A model generated the notes under the pieces. The model saw nothing but the letters and a program-made list of their open reading frames with translations, did not search any database and had not been told where the DNA came from. From the NCBI GenBank assembly GCA_050613775.1, contig JBODTK010000011.1, positions 682,001-746,000 on the forward strand: 64,000 bases of DNA, given 5' to 3'. This document shows, one piece after another, positions 1-12,100 of the stretch (within the stretch, counting starts at the first letter, position 1; each line of letters opens with the position of its first letter). This DNA comes from Neocallimastix sp. 'constans'. Lineage: Eukaryota. Both the position numbers and the translations under genes were made by a program.

Positions 1-1362
1 AGGAATATTATTGCTGATGCATTATCTCGCATTAGAAAAAAAGAAAATATTGTAGTAAATGCTATTGTTGAAGACAATAATAATAATTTGGAAAATAATA
101 TTGAAAATAATAATAATATTGTTGATGAAAATAACGTAGAAATTATTGGTAATAACAATAATGAAGATAATCAATCAAACTTTTTGGACGAAGTCGAAAA
201 TGAAAAATATATCTCGGAATTCATGAAAAAGTTTTTAAAAGATAGAATTGTTACTATAGATGATAAAACATATATTAGAGATAAAGATAAATTAAGACTG
301 GTGATAGATGATTATCTAGAAAAGATAAAAATTATCGGAATGGCTCATAGAATCGGCCATGAAGGGTTACAAAAGACGTATGATAGAATTAAGAAAAATT
401 ACTATTGGAAAAATATGATTTTAGATATAAAAAAATATATATCTATTTGTAAAATATGTCAACTTAATAGATCTGAGCCCCTTTCTAATTTGGTTGAAAT
501 ATTTCGAACTCCTGTAGAAGCTCCTTTTGTTAGAATGGGCCTAGATATTATTGGACCTTTAAAAACTACTACTAAAGGTAATAAATATATAATTGTTTGT
601 GTAGATTATTTCACTTTATGGACTGAAGCAGAAGCTTATCCTTCTGTTACTTCGCAAGATGTGGTTGATTTCTTAGTGAATGTGTTTAGTAGGCATGGAC
701 TACCCCAAATAATTAATATGGATAATGGACCACAATTGAACAGTGATTATACAAAAATTTTCTTAGATTTATATGGAGTTTACATTCATTTTGTTGCCAA
801 TTATCATCCACCTTCTAATGGTTTAGTGGAAAATAGAAACCGAGAAATAGGAAAACAATTAAGGAATTTTGCTGGTAAGAACGACGAATGGGATACTCTG
901 TTACCGTTGGCTTTATGGGCTATTAGGACGGCAAAATCCTCTGTTAGTGGATACTCTAGTTTTGAACTTTTATATGGAAGAGAAGATTTACTTCCTACTG
1001 AAATTACCTTATTGAATTCTTTGGAGGAACCTGTTGAATGCTCAATTGACGAAGTATTAATAGAAAGAATTTTGGAACATACTAAATGGGTAAAGGATGC
1101 TGCAAACAAAAAATTAGGTACAATTAATTATTGGAAGACTAGAAGAAAAGCGAAAAGAAGTATGGAAAAACTTCCTGAGTATAAAGTTGGTGATAAGGTA
1201 AAGATTAAATTATTTCAAAGACAAAAATTGGACCCATACTACATTGGCCCTTATACGATAAAGGAAATAACTTGGAATACGGTGAAACTACAAGAAGATA
1301 GGTCAGGAGTAATATTAAAAAGAAATATCCATATTAAAAATATTCTACCTTATAGAGAATAA
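1..1362 (+). CDS. Pol C-terminus (partial): RNase H end and integrase (HHCC, DDE, GPY/F; no chromodomain)
   Basis: ADALSR, H-x3-H...CKIC, GLDIIGP, MDNGPQ, NGLVENRN and YIGPY motifs. Clearly homologous to the integrase of B. Confidence 0.93.
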   Translation, partial: RNIIADALSRIRKKENIVVNAIVEDNNNNLENNIENNNNIVDENNVEIIGNNNNEDNQSNFLDEVENEKYISEFMKKFLKDRIVTIDDKTYIRDKDKLRLVIDDYLEKIKIIGMAHRIGHEGLQKTYDRIKKNYYWKNMILDIKKYISICKICQLNRSEPLSNLVEIFRTPVEAPFVRMGLDIIGPLKTTTKGNKYIIVCVDYFTLWTEAEAYPSVTSQDVVDFLVNVFSRHGLPQIINMDNGPQLNSDYTKIFLDLYGVYIHFVANYHPPSNGLVENRNREIGKQLRNFAGKNDEWDTLLPLALWAIRTAKSSVSGYSSFELLYGREDLLPTEITLLNSLEEPVECSIDEVLIERILEHTKWVKDAANKKLGTINYWKTRRKAKRSMEKLPEYKVGDKVKIKLFQRQKLDPYYIGPYTIKEITWNTVKLQEDRSGVILKRNIHIKNILPYRE

Positions 1363-1955
1363 GTAAAAATCAATTATAAATACAAAAATATAATAAATAA
1401 TAATAAATTTCAAAATTTTGAATTTAAATTTCAGCATTTCATTTTAATATTTACAGTTAAAATATTATTCATATTTATGCTAATATGACATTTAACTTAT
1501 ATATATTTCATAATTAATTTTATTTTTAAATTTTCGTAATTGAAATTTCAAAATTTCAAAATAAATTTCTAAAATTACATTTCCAATTTAAATTTCAAAA
1601 TTAATTATTAATAATTATATATATTATTCAATTATTATTATATCAAAATTATATATAATTATTTTAAAAAAAAAAAAAAAAAATTTTTTTTATTAATGAA
1701 AAATTTTCAAAAATTGAGTTAAAAATTTTATAAAATTTTCAAATAATACAATTAATCTTCATTAATACATATTTTAATAATTATTCACAAAAATATAAAA
1801 TTTCTTTCAATTTTATATTTTTCTTTATTTGAACTATGATCATTTCAATTTATTATTGAATTTGTAACTAATTTACAGATTCAATTGAGAATTGTTCTCG
1901 TATAGAGATAAATTTCAATTTCACTAGTAATCAGCTATTTTAGCGAGGGCATTTC

Positions 1956-2789
1956 TGATATAAAACAAATATGTGTAGCAACATATTTGTATATTTAATA
2001 ATAATTATTAAATATTAAATTTATATCTCTTTTGTCAATAATAATATTTGAAATAATTTTATTATTCATATATTATTCAATATTTATTTATATATATTAT
2101 TCATTATAATATGAAATATATTAAATATATTAAATTAAATAGTTAATTTCTTCTAAATATATATAATAAGAATATTATTATATATATAACTTAACTATTC
2201 ATATTTATTTTAAAGTTTATATTAAAAATACATAATACTTCTATATATTATAATATATAATATAATGAAATAGTTTTAGTTATTTTAATTATAATTAAAT
2301 ATATATAGTTGATATTATTTATTATATTCATATTTATTATATAATTATATTATTATATATTTAACTTTATTATTCTTATTTTCATTTTAAGAATTATATA
2401 GTTATATTTATTATATTTATTATTTTAATATATATTTATTATATATTATACTATACTCCGATATAATATATTTTAAATGTATATTTATTATTATTAATAA
2501 TTAAATTATTATAAAGATTTCTAATAACTACTCTTCTTTATGGTAGTTTAGAGAAGACCCTTGGTTAATTGGGTTTTATAAATTAAAATATATTAATAAA
2601 GGTTAATTAAATATAACGATACTATTAAAAATTAGTAGCACATAAAAGTCCCGCATATCAATAATGTAAACACGTGATTGTCATTAAATTAATTTCTACA
2701 TATTATATTTTAATTATAAAATATAATATTTAGTTAATATTATATTCTTATATTTTATTTATATTAAATATTTATATTATTATCTACCA
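1956..2789 (+). repeat. putative 3' LTR of element A
   Basis: Follows the PPT and has TG...CA ends. The partner LTR is not in the window, so the boundaries are inferred by analogy with B. Confidence 0.65.
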
Positions 2790-2796
2790 AATTTTA

Positions 2797-3678
2797 TGTA
2801 AGAATCTATAATTATTTGCTAACAAATAATTATATTTTCTTAGTTAAGTTATTATAATTATAACTTTATTTAATTACATATAATATTTATTAAATTTATT
2901 TAATTTAATTTTAAATATTCATTAATTTAACAAAATTTATTTAATTAATTTTAAATAATATATTTACAATATGTTAAATTCTCTACTGTAACTAATGTAT
3001 TTTGTATTGTATTTTATTCTGTATTTTATAATGTATTCTGTATTTTATAATGTATTCTGTATTTTATTAACTATTTAATTTTATATTTTTAATATAAGGA
3101 TAAATTATATGATCGAAATATCTTTTATTATTTTATTCTTTTATTTTCGATCATTAGATTAGATTAGAAAATCGGTTAATTAAGATTTTTTCCAATTACT
3201 TTTTAGAAGTAATCGGTTTTACTTAATTAATGCGATGATCGATATGGATAGAATATCGATCGAAAACTTATCTAGGTTTTTCTATCTAATCTTTTCCTAG
3301 ATAAGAGATTTGTTAAGATTAGAAAACCCTTTCTTATTTAACCTTATTTTCATAAAAAAATATAAATAAGGCTCTTGAGTTCTCTTTGAGAAATCAAGAG
3401 TTATTATTATAAAAAACATAGTTATAATAGTAACAATTTTATATTTTTAACTTTAATAAATTAATAAAAATATTTTATTCAAAAACATATTTTTAAAATC
3501 AATTTATACAAACAATTCTTCTCTTACTTTTTGTGTTATTATTATAATTAATTTTATAATAAACTCTACTCTAAAGGTAAAAAAATTTATTTTATTTTAT
3601 TTTCTCAACTTAATGAATTAGTCGTTAAGTTGTAGTTAATAATTCTATTTTGAGTTAGTTCTTAATAGAATTATTACA
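2797..3678 (+). mobile_element. family C LTR (copy C1), probably the 5' LTR of a truncated element
   Basis: TGTAAG...ATTACA ends. Similar to 4326-5324, especially the core 3109-3400. TATAAATA at 3361. No TSD. Followed after 6 nt by PBS-like TGGTGCAGG. Confidence 0.82.
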
Positions 3679-4325
3679 ATCTTGTGGTGCAGGTACACAA
3701 TAAACTTCAAAAAAAAAAATGAAAATAATATATTAGTTAATAATTTAATTTCAATTTCCAGTTTTTTTTATTTTTTTAACTCCTGATTTTTTTATTAAGT
3801 ATTTTCTTTTTCTTTTATACTTTTTTACTACATGAATTTTTATAATAATTTAAATTATTTTAATTCTTATTAGTATAATTATTACATGTGATTTTAAATA
3901 ATATTTTTTAAGAGTTATTTTAATAATAAAAATATTAATACTAATATAATTAATATTATCTTTAATGACAAATATTATTAATGATAAAATTAAAAAATTT
4001 AACAATAAAATTATTGGTAATATTTTTGATAATATAATTCTTGAAACAATTTAATATTAATAATAATTAAATATAATAATAAAACAATTTAATTAATATA
4101 AGATAATAATTATTTAATAATTAGTTATTAATCAGTTTAATTAAATAATGATTTTTTTAATAATTAGTCATTAATCGATTTAATTTGATAATTTATATAA
4201 TTATTTTAAATTAAGAATAAAATTTTGGAATTATAAAAATAGTTTAAAATATTTAATACATAAAGTTATTAAACTTAATTATAATTTCCAATAGTATAAT
4301 ATGAATTATTAGTTAGTTCCGTATC

Positions 4326-5324
4326 TGTAAGAATCTATAATTATTTTTAACAAAATAATTATATTTTCTTAGTTAGGTTATAATTAATATAACTTTTATT
4401 TAACTCATATTTCATTTATACAATTAATTATAATTAATAATTTATTTAATTATATATTAAAATTTTATTTAGTTTAATATTTAAAATTTATTTAATCAAA
4501 TAATTTTTATACATTTAAAATAATATTAAATTTATTTAATTATTCACTTAATTATTAAATTTATTAGTTTTAGTTTTCTCTCACTTATTAAATCATAAAC
4601 TAAAACACTATTCTGTATTTTATCATGTATTCTGTATTCTATCATGTATTCTGTATTGTATTAATCATGTATTTTATTATTAATGTATTGTTTTATATTT
4701 TTTATGTAAAGTTCTATAAAATAGAACTAAATAGATTAAATTTTAAATTTTATGATCGAAATAATTTTCATTATTTTATTCTTTTATTTTCGATCATTAT
4801 ATTAGATTAAGTAATCGGTTAATTAAGGTTTTTCCAATTACTTCTTAAAAGTAATCGGTTTTACTTAATTAACGCGATGATCGATATGGATAGAATATCG
4901 ATCAAAAAACTTATCTAGGTTTTTCTTCTAGTCTTTTCCTAGATAAGAGATTTGTTAAGATTAGAACCCCTTTTGATTTTAACCTTATTTTGACAAAAAA
5001 GTATAAATAAGGCTCTTGAGTTCTCTTTGAGAAATCAAGAGTTATTATTATAACAATTATAATATAATAATAATAACAATAAGTTTTAACATTTAAAATT
5101 TTTAATAAATAATAAAACAAATTATTTTAATAAAACAAATTTTATAATTAAAACTTTTCCTTATCAATTTTAGTGTTTCGTCTATTATAATTCGTTATAA
5201 TAAACTCGATAATTAGAAAGAACCATAGGTAAGTATGATTCTTTTCTAAACCTTTAATATTAGCAGTTAGAGCTAATATTAATGATTAATAATTTAATTA
5301 TAATTTTTTAATTAAATTATTACA
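4326..5324 (+). mobile_element. family C solo LTR (copy C2)
   Basis: TGTAAG...ATTACA flanked by the 5-bp TSD GTATC (4321-4325 and 5325-5329). Homologous to C1. Confidence 0.9.
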
Positions 5325-5330
5325 GTATCA

Positions 5331-6116
5331 TGGTATGGTTCATATAATTTTAGGAATATAATAATAATTAACACAAATAATAAAATTACAATAAAAATAA
5401 TTTTGTTTTAAAATCAATATTTATTTATTTAAATTTATAAAAGAAAAATAATAATATAATTATTTATTTAATAAAAAAGAAAGTTATTGATTATATTTTA
5501 TTTCACTAAAATTACATGTATTTATATTTTTTTATCAAATTAAAATTTGTAAAGCCTAACTATTTTTTTAATAAACTAATTACTAATTATTTTTATAAAT
5601 AAAACATTTAAATTGAAATTGAATTATTATTTTAGTTAATAATATTATTGTTATAAATAGTAGTTATATATTATTGAATTATTAATTATTTAATAATAGT
5701 TTAATACTAATATATATAAAATAAAAATAAAGAGATTATACAGAATATTTTATTGTGGTTTAGTTAAATTTAGTAATTAAAAATAAATTTAAATTGATAA
5801 CGAAAATGTTAATAACTAATTAAATAGATTTGATTATTTTCAATATAACATAATACAAAAGAAATATAATATTAATATATTAAGTGGGCAAGGACAATAT
5901 TCTTGGCTAAAGATTTTTAATACATTATAATGGAATCGGATCGATAATTCAAAAAGGAATTATAAGTTAATTAGTGATTTATTAACTTAAGATTTCTATT
6001 TAGTAATATTTGAAGAATATTGGAAAGTTCCAATTATATAGAATAGAATAATCTATAAGGTTAGAATAATTTATATTATTCTAGCACAATTAGTATTATT
6101 TGTTCATTCTGTATTA
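5331..6116 (-). repeat. 3' LTR of B
   Basis: Direct repeat of 19259-20044 with a couple of visible substitutions. PPT GCGGGGGCATCT lies just upstream on the minus strand (6117-6128). Confidence 0.93.
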
Positions 6117-6139
6117 AGATGCCCCCGCTAAGACTCAAG

Positions 6140-8002
6140 CTAGGTAGAAGCTGAGTTAAACTTGACAATATTTTTCAAATGAACATTACGATTCATTTGT
6201 ATATTAGTAGCAGGATCAGCTAAAGTGACTGTATTGAATTGTTTCTTTACCACTTTCATAGGTCCAACAAAGTAAGGTTCTAATTTAGTTCGATTAAAGT
6301 TTCTTACTAGTACTAAATCACCTGGTTTTATTCTTTTAGCATGATTCATACTGGTCTTTTCTTCTCTCCTAGTAGCCCAATATTTCGAAGCATTTTTGAT
6401 ATTAGATGCGGCCTCCATTACCCATTGGTAGTGTGATACAAATTTTTCCAGTAGAATTTCGTCAGAAGACTTATTTATACCCTTAGTTGGTCTGGCAGCA
6501 ATGTCAAAAGGTTGTTGGTCCTCCCTTCCATAAACTAATTCAAAACTTGAATGGTTGGTGATTGAGTTTTTAGTAGTTCTTAAAGCCCAAGGTGCAGATG
6601 GTAAAATTTCATCCCATTCTTTGTGTTGTTGTCCTAGTAATCGTAATAATTTTCCAATTTCTTTATTACGATTCTCAACTAAACCATTGCTTTCAGGATG
6701 ATATGGAGTGATAAATATAACATATACATCATATAAATCAAGGAAGATTTTTGTCATATCTGATGTAAATTGTGTTCCATTATCAGTAGTGATAATTTGA
6801 GGTACACCGTGTCGAGCAAATACATTAATTAAAAATTTTATCACATCCTGAGAAGTAACATTTTCAGTGGTCTCTGCCTCAACCCATTTAGTAAAATAAT
6901 CAACCACAACGATTATATATTGATTATTATTTCTGGTTTTACTTAGAGGTCCTATAATGTCCAATCCTAAGTGTGTAAATGGTCCTTCCATTTCAGTTGG
7001 TTTATCTTCCGTTGGTTCAGGGTATGGTTGAGATTTATTTAATTGACATTTTTCACATTTACCTATAATTCGCTTAATGTCATTAACCATGTTGTTCCAA
7101 TAGTAGCTCTTTTTCAAACGTTGGTATGTCTTGTAATAGCCTTCGTGTCCTATACTGTGTGCTTGAAAAATTAATTGAAGTTTTTCTTTTGTATCTGTAA
7201 CTAATTTTCTATAATTATTGCCATCAACAAAGTAGTCCACACCATCAATTGTCGTAAATTTTTCTTCAATAAATTCCTTAATGGTTCTTGAAAGCAGGTT
7301 TTCATCTTGTTCCTTGATAATTTGTGTTGTTAAGACAACTTTTTCTTTTTCATTTTTCATTCTTGATAAAGCATCTGCGACAACATTATTCTTTCCAGTT
7401 TCATATCGTAAATCAATTCCTAACATACTGACAGTCAAACACCATCTAGTATGACGAGAATTTTGTGGTTCCTTACTTTTAAGTAATCCGATTAATGGTC
7501 TATGATCTGTATATACTATAGTTTGCTTAGGATTTCCCATAATATAAGATTTTAATTTATTAATACAGTAAATTAGAGCAGCACCTTCTAGATCCGTAAT
7601 TCCATAATTCTTTTCCGATTTAGATAAACTTCTACTAATATAATGAACCGGATGCTCCTTTCCAGTTTCATCATCCTTTTGTAAAAGCACACCGCCTATT
7701 CCATCATAGGAAGCATCTGTTCTTATAATAAATTCTCTATCAAATCTAGGAAATCTTAATATTGGGGCATTGATTAATCTTTCCTTAAGAATTTTAAAAC
7801 TTTCTTCTTGTTCCTTTTTCCATTCAAACTTAATACCTTTTCTTAATAGAGTGCAGAGAGGAGCAGTAACTTTTGCAAAGTCCTTAATAAAATTTCTATA
7901 ATATCCAATGGCTCCTAAAAATGATCGAAGTTCATGAATGTTAGAGGGAGCCTTCCATTCTTTAATAGCTTCAACTTTGTTTTCCAATGGACTTAAACCT
8001 TC
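6140..8002 (-). CDS. B pol, C-terminal part (RT thumb, RNase H, integrase)
   Basis: FLGAIGYYR, TDAS, DHRPL, ADALSR, HHCC, DDE and FVGP motifs. Rejoins the upstream pol in frame (HKVSS|EGLSPLENKV) once D and one TGAGG copy are removed. Confidence 0.93.
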   Translation of the reverse strand, partial: EGLSPLENKVEAIKEWKAPSNIHELRSFLGAIGYYRNFIKDFAKVTAPLCTLLRKGIKFEWKKEQEESFKILKERLINAPILRFPRFDREFIIRTDASYDGIGGVLLQKDDETGKEHPVHYISRSLSKSEKNYGITDLEGAALIYCINKLKSYIMGNPKQTIVYTDHRPLIGLLKSKEPQNSRHTRWCLTVSMLGIDLRYETGKNNVVADALSRMKNEKEKVVLTTQIIKEQDENLLSRTIKEFIEEKFTTIDGVDYFVDGNNYRKLVTDTKEKLQLIFQAHSIGHEGYYKTYQRLKKSYYWNNMVNDIKRIIGKCEKCQLNKSQPYPEPTEDKPTEMEGPFTHLGLDIIGPLSKTRNNNQYIIVVVDYFTKWVEAETTENVTSQDVIKFLINVFARHGVPQIITTDNGTQFTSDMTKIFLDLYDVYVIFITPYHPESNGLVENRNKEIGKLLRLLGQQHKEWDEILPSAPWALRTTKNSITNHSSFELVYGREDQQPFDIAARPTKGINKSSDEILLEKFVSHYQWVMEAASNIKNASKYWATRREEKTSMNHAKRIKPGDLVLVRNFNRTKLEPYFVGPMKVVKKQFNTVTLADPATNIQMNRNVHLKNIVKFNSAST

Positions 8003-8007
8003 TGAGG

Positions 8008-8651
8008 TGTAACGGAGGTGCTTCTATTGTAAAGGCGGGATGAGATATAGAAACACAGAAAGGAGAAAACTCAATAGGTTTACACTATCTGTATAAATAA
8101 TTCGTTTTATTAGAAATATTTTTTATTAATTATAAAATTTAAAATAATTATTAATATTAATCAACAAGGTAATATTTCGAATTACTTATACGTTAATTAT
8201 TATTAATAAAAGCACGAAGAAAAATATTTTCATTCGTGAAGTTCGCACTATTTATACTTTTAACGGAAAAACAGTTTTAACATGTAAAAATAATTTTAAA
8301 GAAATATTTAGAAATATGTTTGTAATAATTAATAATGTAAAGTTTCTAGAATATTGATTTTAATTGATGAAAATGAATCTTATCAAAAAAGAATAAAATA
8401 ATTTATATAATAAGAATTTCTAAATTCATTTCGGTTGAATTACGAACCGAAAGAATCTTTAACTTTCTATAATTTTATACAGAAAGAATATTCAAGAAGA
8501 TATTATTAATAATTAATAAAATAATTAATAAAATAATTATTAATGCAAAATGGGTTGAGGTGTGAGTCGAACCCATGAAGTATTGGTCATGGTCAATGTA
8601 ACTAACCATTGAACCAAAGTTCTAATTTTACTAACTGAAGATTTCGTTACA
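8008..8651 (-). repeat. 3' LTR of D
   Basis: No differences seen by eye versus 15066-15709. PPT GGAGGCGGA lies just upstream on the minus strand. Confidence 0.96.
8547..8623 (-). promoter_or_regulatory. tRNA-like Pol III type-2 promoter cassette in U3 of the D LTR (second copy at 15605-15681)
   Basis: A box TGGTTCAATGG (8616-8606), B box GGTTCGACTC (8573-8564), 32 nt apart, followed by TTTT. The cloverleaf is degenerate. Confidence 0.6.
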
Positions 8652-8987
8652 TGGTCCGCCTCCAGGATTCGGATACCAGACGAATCTAACAGTTAGGCAT
8701 AACTTATACTAAAATTAAGCAAACTAAACTAAACTAAACTAAATTAAACTAAACTAAACTAAAATAAAATAAAAATAATAATTAACCATTTTATAGTACG
8801 AACTTTTTTTTTTTTTTTGAATAAAATTACATGATATTAATAAAGTTACATGAATATAATATATAATAAAAATACATGAATATTAATAATATTTAATAAT
8901 ATAAAATAATATTTAGTAATATTGATATTAATAAATTAATATAAGTTTGATATTAATAAAGTGAAGATTCATTTTCAAGTTTTAATT

Positions 8988-9167
8988 TTAGTTATTTTTG
9001 TTAAATTCTTTTAAGAGTTTAGGGCAATTTAAGTTTTCTTCGGGTTCCCAAGATGCTTCAGATAAAGGATAGCCTTTCCATTTAATAAGATATTGGGTTT
9101 TGCCATAATGTTTTCTTTTATCAAGAATTTTTTCAACTTCGTATTCTTCTTCATTGTCAATAATTAT
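8988..9167 (-). pseudogene. integrase C-terminal chromodomain of D, out of frame with pol
   Basis: Translates as [59 protein letters not shown]. The frameshift lies at CCACCACCACGATAA. Confidence 0.9.
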
Positions 9168-12100
9168 CGTGGTGGTGGTTCTTTCTTTCGTCCAAAGTGA
9201 TCTTCATAAAATGGTTCAAGTTCAGAAACATGTATTACAGGATGGATTCTGATTTCTTTTGGTAAGTCTAACTTATATGAAACGGGAGAAATTTTCTTAA
9301 TGATTTTATATGGACCAAGTTTTCTGGGTTTAAGTTTTTTATTTCCATTATGAATTATAAGTGAACTATTAATCCACACTTTATCACCAGGTTTAAAATT
9401 TGGAGCTTCAATACGATGTTTGTTTGCAAATTCTTCTTGCTTTTTTCTTGCTTGTTGTAAATTTCCATTAAGTGTTTTGAATAATTCTGAAAGGTCTTTT
9501 GTAAATTCATCAGCTCTAGGAACATCTGTACTGTTTGGAATTGATGGTGAATATCTTGGATTATATCCATAGTTTGCATAAAAAGGTGAGTGCTTAATTG
9601 ATTCTTGAATTGAATTATTATAACTGAATTCTGCTAGGAATAAAAAATTATACCAATCAGAACCTTTAAAGTTTGAATAACATCTTAAGTATTGTTCAAT
9701 AACGGAGTTCACCCTCTCCGTTAAACCATTGGTTTGGTGATGGAAGGGAGAAGCAAGTTTCGTTGTGATATTGAAAGATTTACAAATAGCTGACCAAAAT
9801 TTTGAAGTGAATTGAGAACCTCTATCAGAAATGATTTCGGAAGGAAGTCCATGAATACGAAAAATATTGTTCATAAAAGCCGAAGCCGTATCAGCAGCAG
9901 AGGGTACTTTAGGGAACGGAATAAAATGACTCATTTTAGTAAATCTGTCTGTGACAACAAAGATACAAGTGTAACCATTAGAAACGGGAAGATCAGTAAT
10001 AAAATCCATTGAAATAGAAATCCAGGGTTTACAAGGAATGTCCAGAGGATTAAGAAAACCGTAAGGCTTATGTCTAGAGTCTTTAGAGCGGGAACAGACA
10101 TCACAAGAACGGATATAGTCTTTAACATCAGATTGCAAGGAAGGCCACCAGAAATCACGATTAATTAGATTAATAGTTTTCTTTATACCAAAGTGTCCAG
10201 CAGAAGGGGAATCATGACAAATATTAAGAATAGAAGATCTACAGTTTGGAGGAACATAAATTTTATTTTTGAATAAAAGAAAGCTGTTGCTAATTGAGAA
10301 ATCATTAAGTTTAGAGGGTATTTCTTGGTATTCTGAATTAAGTTGATTGTATGTGTCATAGTAGAATTCATCATTTTTGTATTCTTGAAGAATTTGATCA
10401 TTAAGAGAAGAAACAAGAGTTGCGACAGCACAAAAGTTTTCGGGACGAAGAACTGTGAATGGAATATCAGATGATGGGTCATCATTATTAGAAGCATAAT
10501 CTGGTCTTCTGGATAAAGCGTCAGGTTTACCATTATTTGATCCGGAGCGGTAAACAATTTTGAAGTTAAATTCAGAAAGAAATAAAGCCCAACGAACCAA
10601 ACGTTGAGTCATCTTTTCTGGTTTCTTTTGATAAAGTAGGTTGCGATGATCTGAAAAAACGGTGAAAGGCGTGTCGGTTCCTTTAAGAAGGTGTCTCCAG
10701 TGTTCAAGTGCATCGACTATAGCTAAAAGTTCTTTATCATATATGGGATAGTTTCTTTCAGCAGAATTAAGGGATCTAGAGAAGAAAGCAACTGGATGAA
10801 TTTTATTATCTTTAGGAGTAGTTTGGGATAAGATTGCACCTATGGCGAAATTACTACTGTCAGTTTCAACCATGAAAGGAAGTTCGCGATTAGGATAGAC
10901 AAGAATAGGAGCAGAAGAAAATTTTGATTTGATGTTATCGAATGCGATTTGAGTTTCAGTAGACCAATTAAATTTAGAGTTTTTCTTTAGTAAGCAATGA
11001 AGAGGATGAGCAATAGATGCAAAGCTAGGAATAAATCGTCGATAATAATTCGCTAGTCCGAGAAATGATTGTAATTCTTTTATATTTTTAGGAATAGGCC
11101 ATTCTAAAATGGAAGAAACTTTTTTAGGGTCCATAAATATTCCATCTGAAGAAATTCTGTGACCAAGGAAGTCCAGGAATGGTACGCAAAATTCACATTT
11201 TTCCAATTTTGCATATAAACCAGCTTTTCTTAGTCTTTTTAAAACTTCAATAAGATGTTGAAAGTGAGTATCCATGTCAGGAGAAAAGATAATTATATCA
11301 TCAATATAGCAATAAACGAAAGAGCCAATAATGTCTTCAAATATGTCATTAATGAAATGTTGAAAAACCGCTGGAGCATTTTTTAGTCCAAAAGGCATGA
11401 CTAGATACTCATAGTGACCATATTTGCATGTGAATGCTGTTTTATATTCGTCACCTTCTTTGATCCTTATCAAATTATATGCTGAACGTAGATCTAATTT
11501 TGAGAAGACTTTACCATTACTAAGATTTTCTAACATATCATTAATTAGTGGAAGAGGGTATGAATCACGGATGGTGACTTCGTTTAAAGGTCGATAGTCT
11601 ACAACTAGCCTAAGATCATTCACGTCTTTCTTAGGAACAAAGAAAACAGAAGCAGCAGCTGGAGATTTAGATTTTCTAATAAATTTTTTGTTTTCATTTT
11701 CTTTAATATATTTCTTTAAGACTAGAGATTCTTTTTCAGTTAGGGGATAAATTGGGCCATAATGAAGTTTTGCATTTTGCTTAAGTTTAATCTCGCAATC
11801 ATAAGGACGATGAGGAGGTAATTCATTAGCGGATTTTTCGTTAAAAACATCTTTGAATGGAATAAGCTGTGTTGGTAATAATTCTTGAATATCAGTATCT
11901 TTAAGTTTTTCGTCTTCAGTGGTTAAGGTTTCATTTTCAGAAATATGGGTAGTAAAGGAATTAGGAATGATTAAACAATTTTCAATACAATGATTGGAAT
12001 TGAATCTTAAAACTTTATTTTTGAAGTCAATGTCGGGATTGTGAGTAGAAATCCATTCGAAACCTAAAATAGCACAATAGGAAGGAAGGTCAACCACATA

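Larger units (their letters stand above)
1..2789 (+). mobile_element. Ty3/gypsy LTR retrotransposon A, 3' part (RNase H end, integrase, 3' UTR, PPT, 3' LTR); 5' part lies outside the window
   Basis: Pol frame from base 1 (RNIIADALSR). A PPT-like TTAGCGAGGGCATTTC (1940-1955) matches the PPT of B (TTAGCGGGGGCATCT). The putative LTR starts TGATAT at 1956 and ends TACCA at 2789, like B's LTR. Confidence 0.85.

Noticed and set aside
2780..2796. Minus-strand TGGTAGA next to C1 as a PBS
   Set aside because: Better explained as the TACCA end of A's 3' LTR; the C TATA box and the downstream TGG motif indicate plus orientation.
2797..5324. C1 and C2 as the two LTRs of one TRIM-like element
   Set aside because: C2 has its own GTATC TSD, the copies are substantially diverged, and the outer flanks do not match.
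8652..8663. TGGTCCGCC after the left D LTR as a plus-strand PBS
   Set aside because: All D ORFs are on the minus strand; this is the reverse complement of the PPT.
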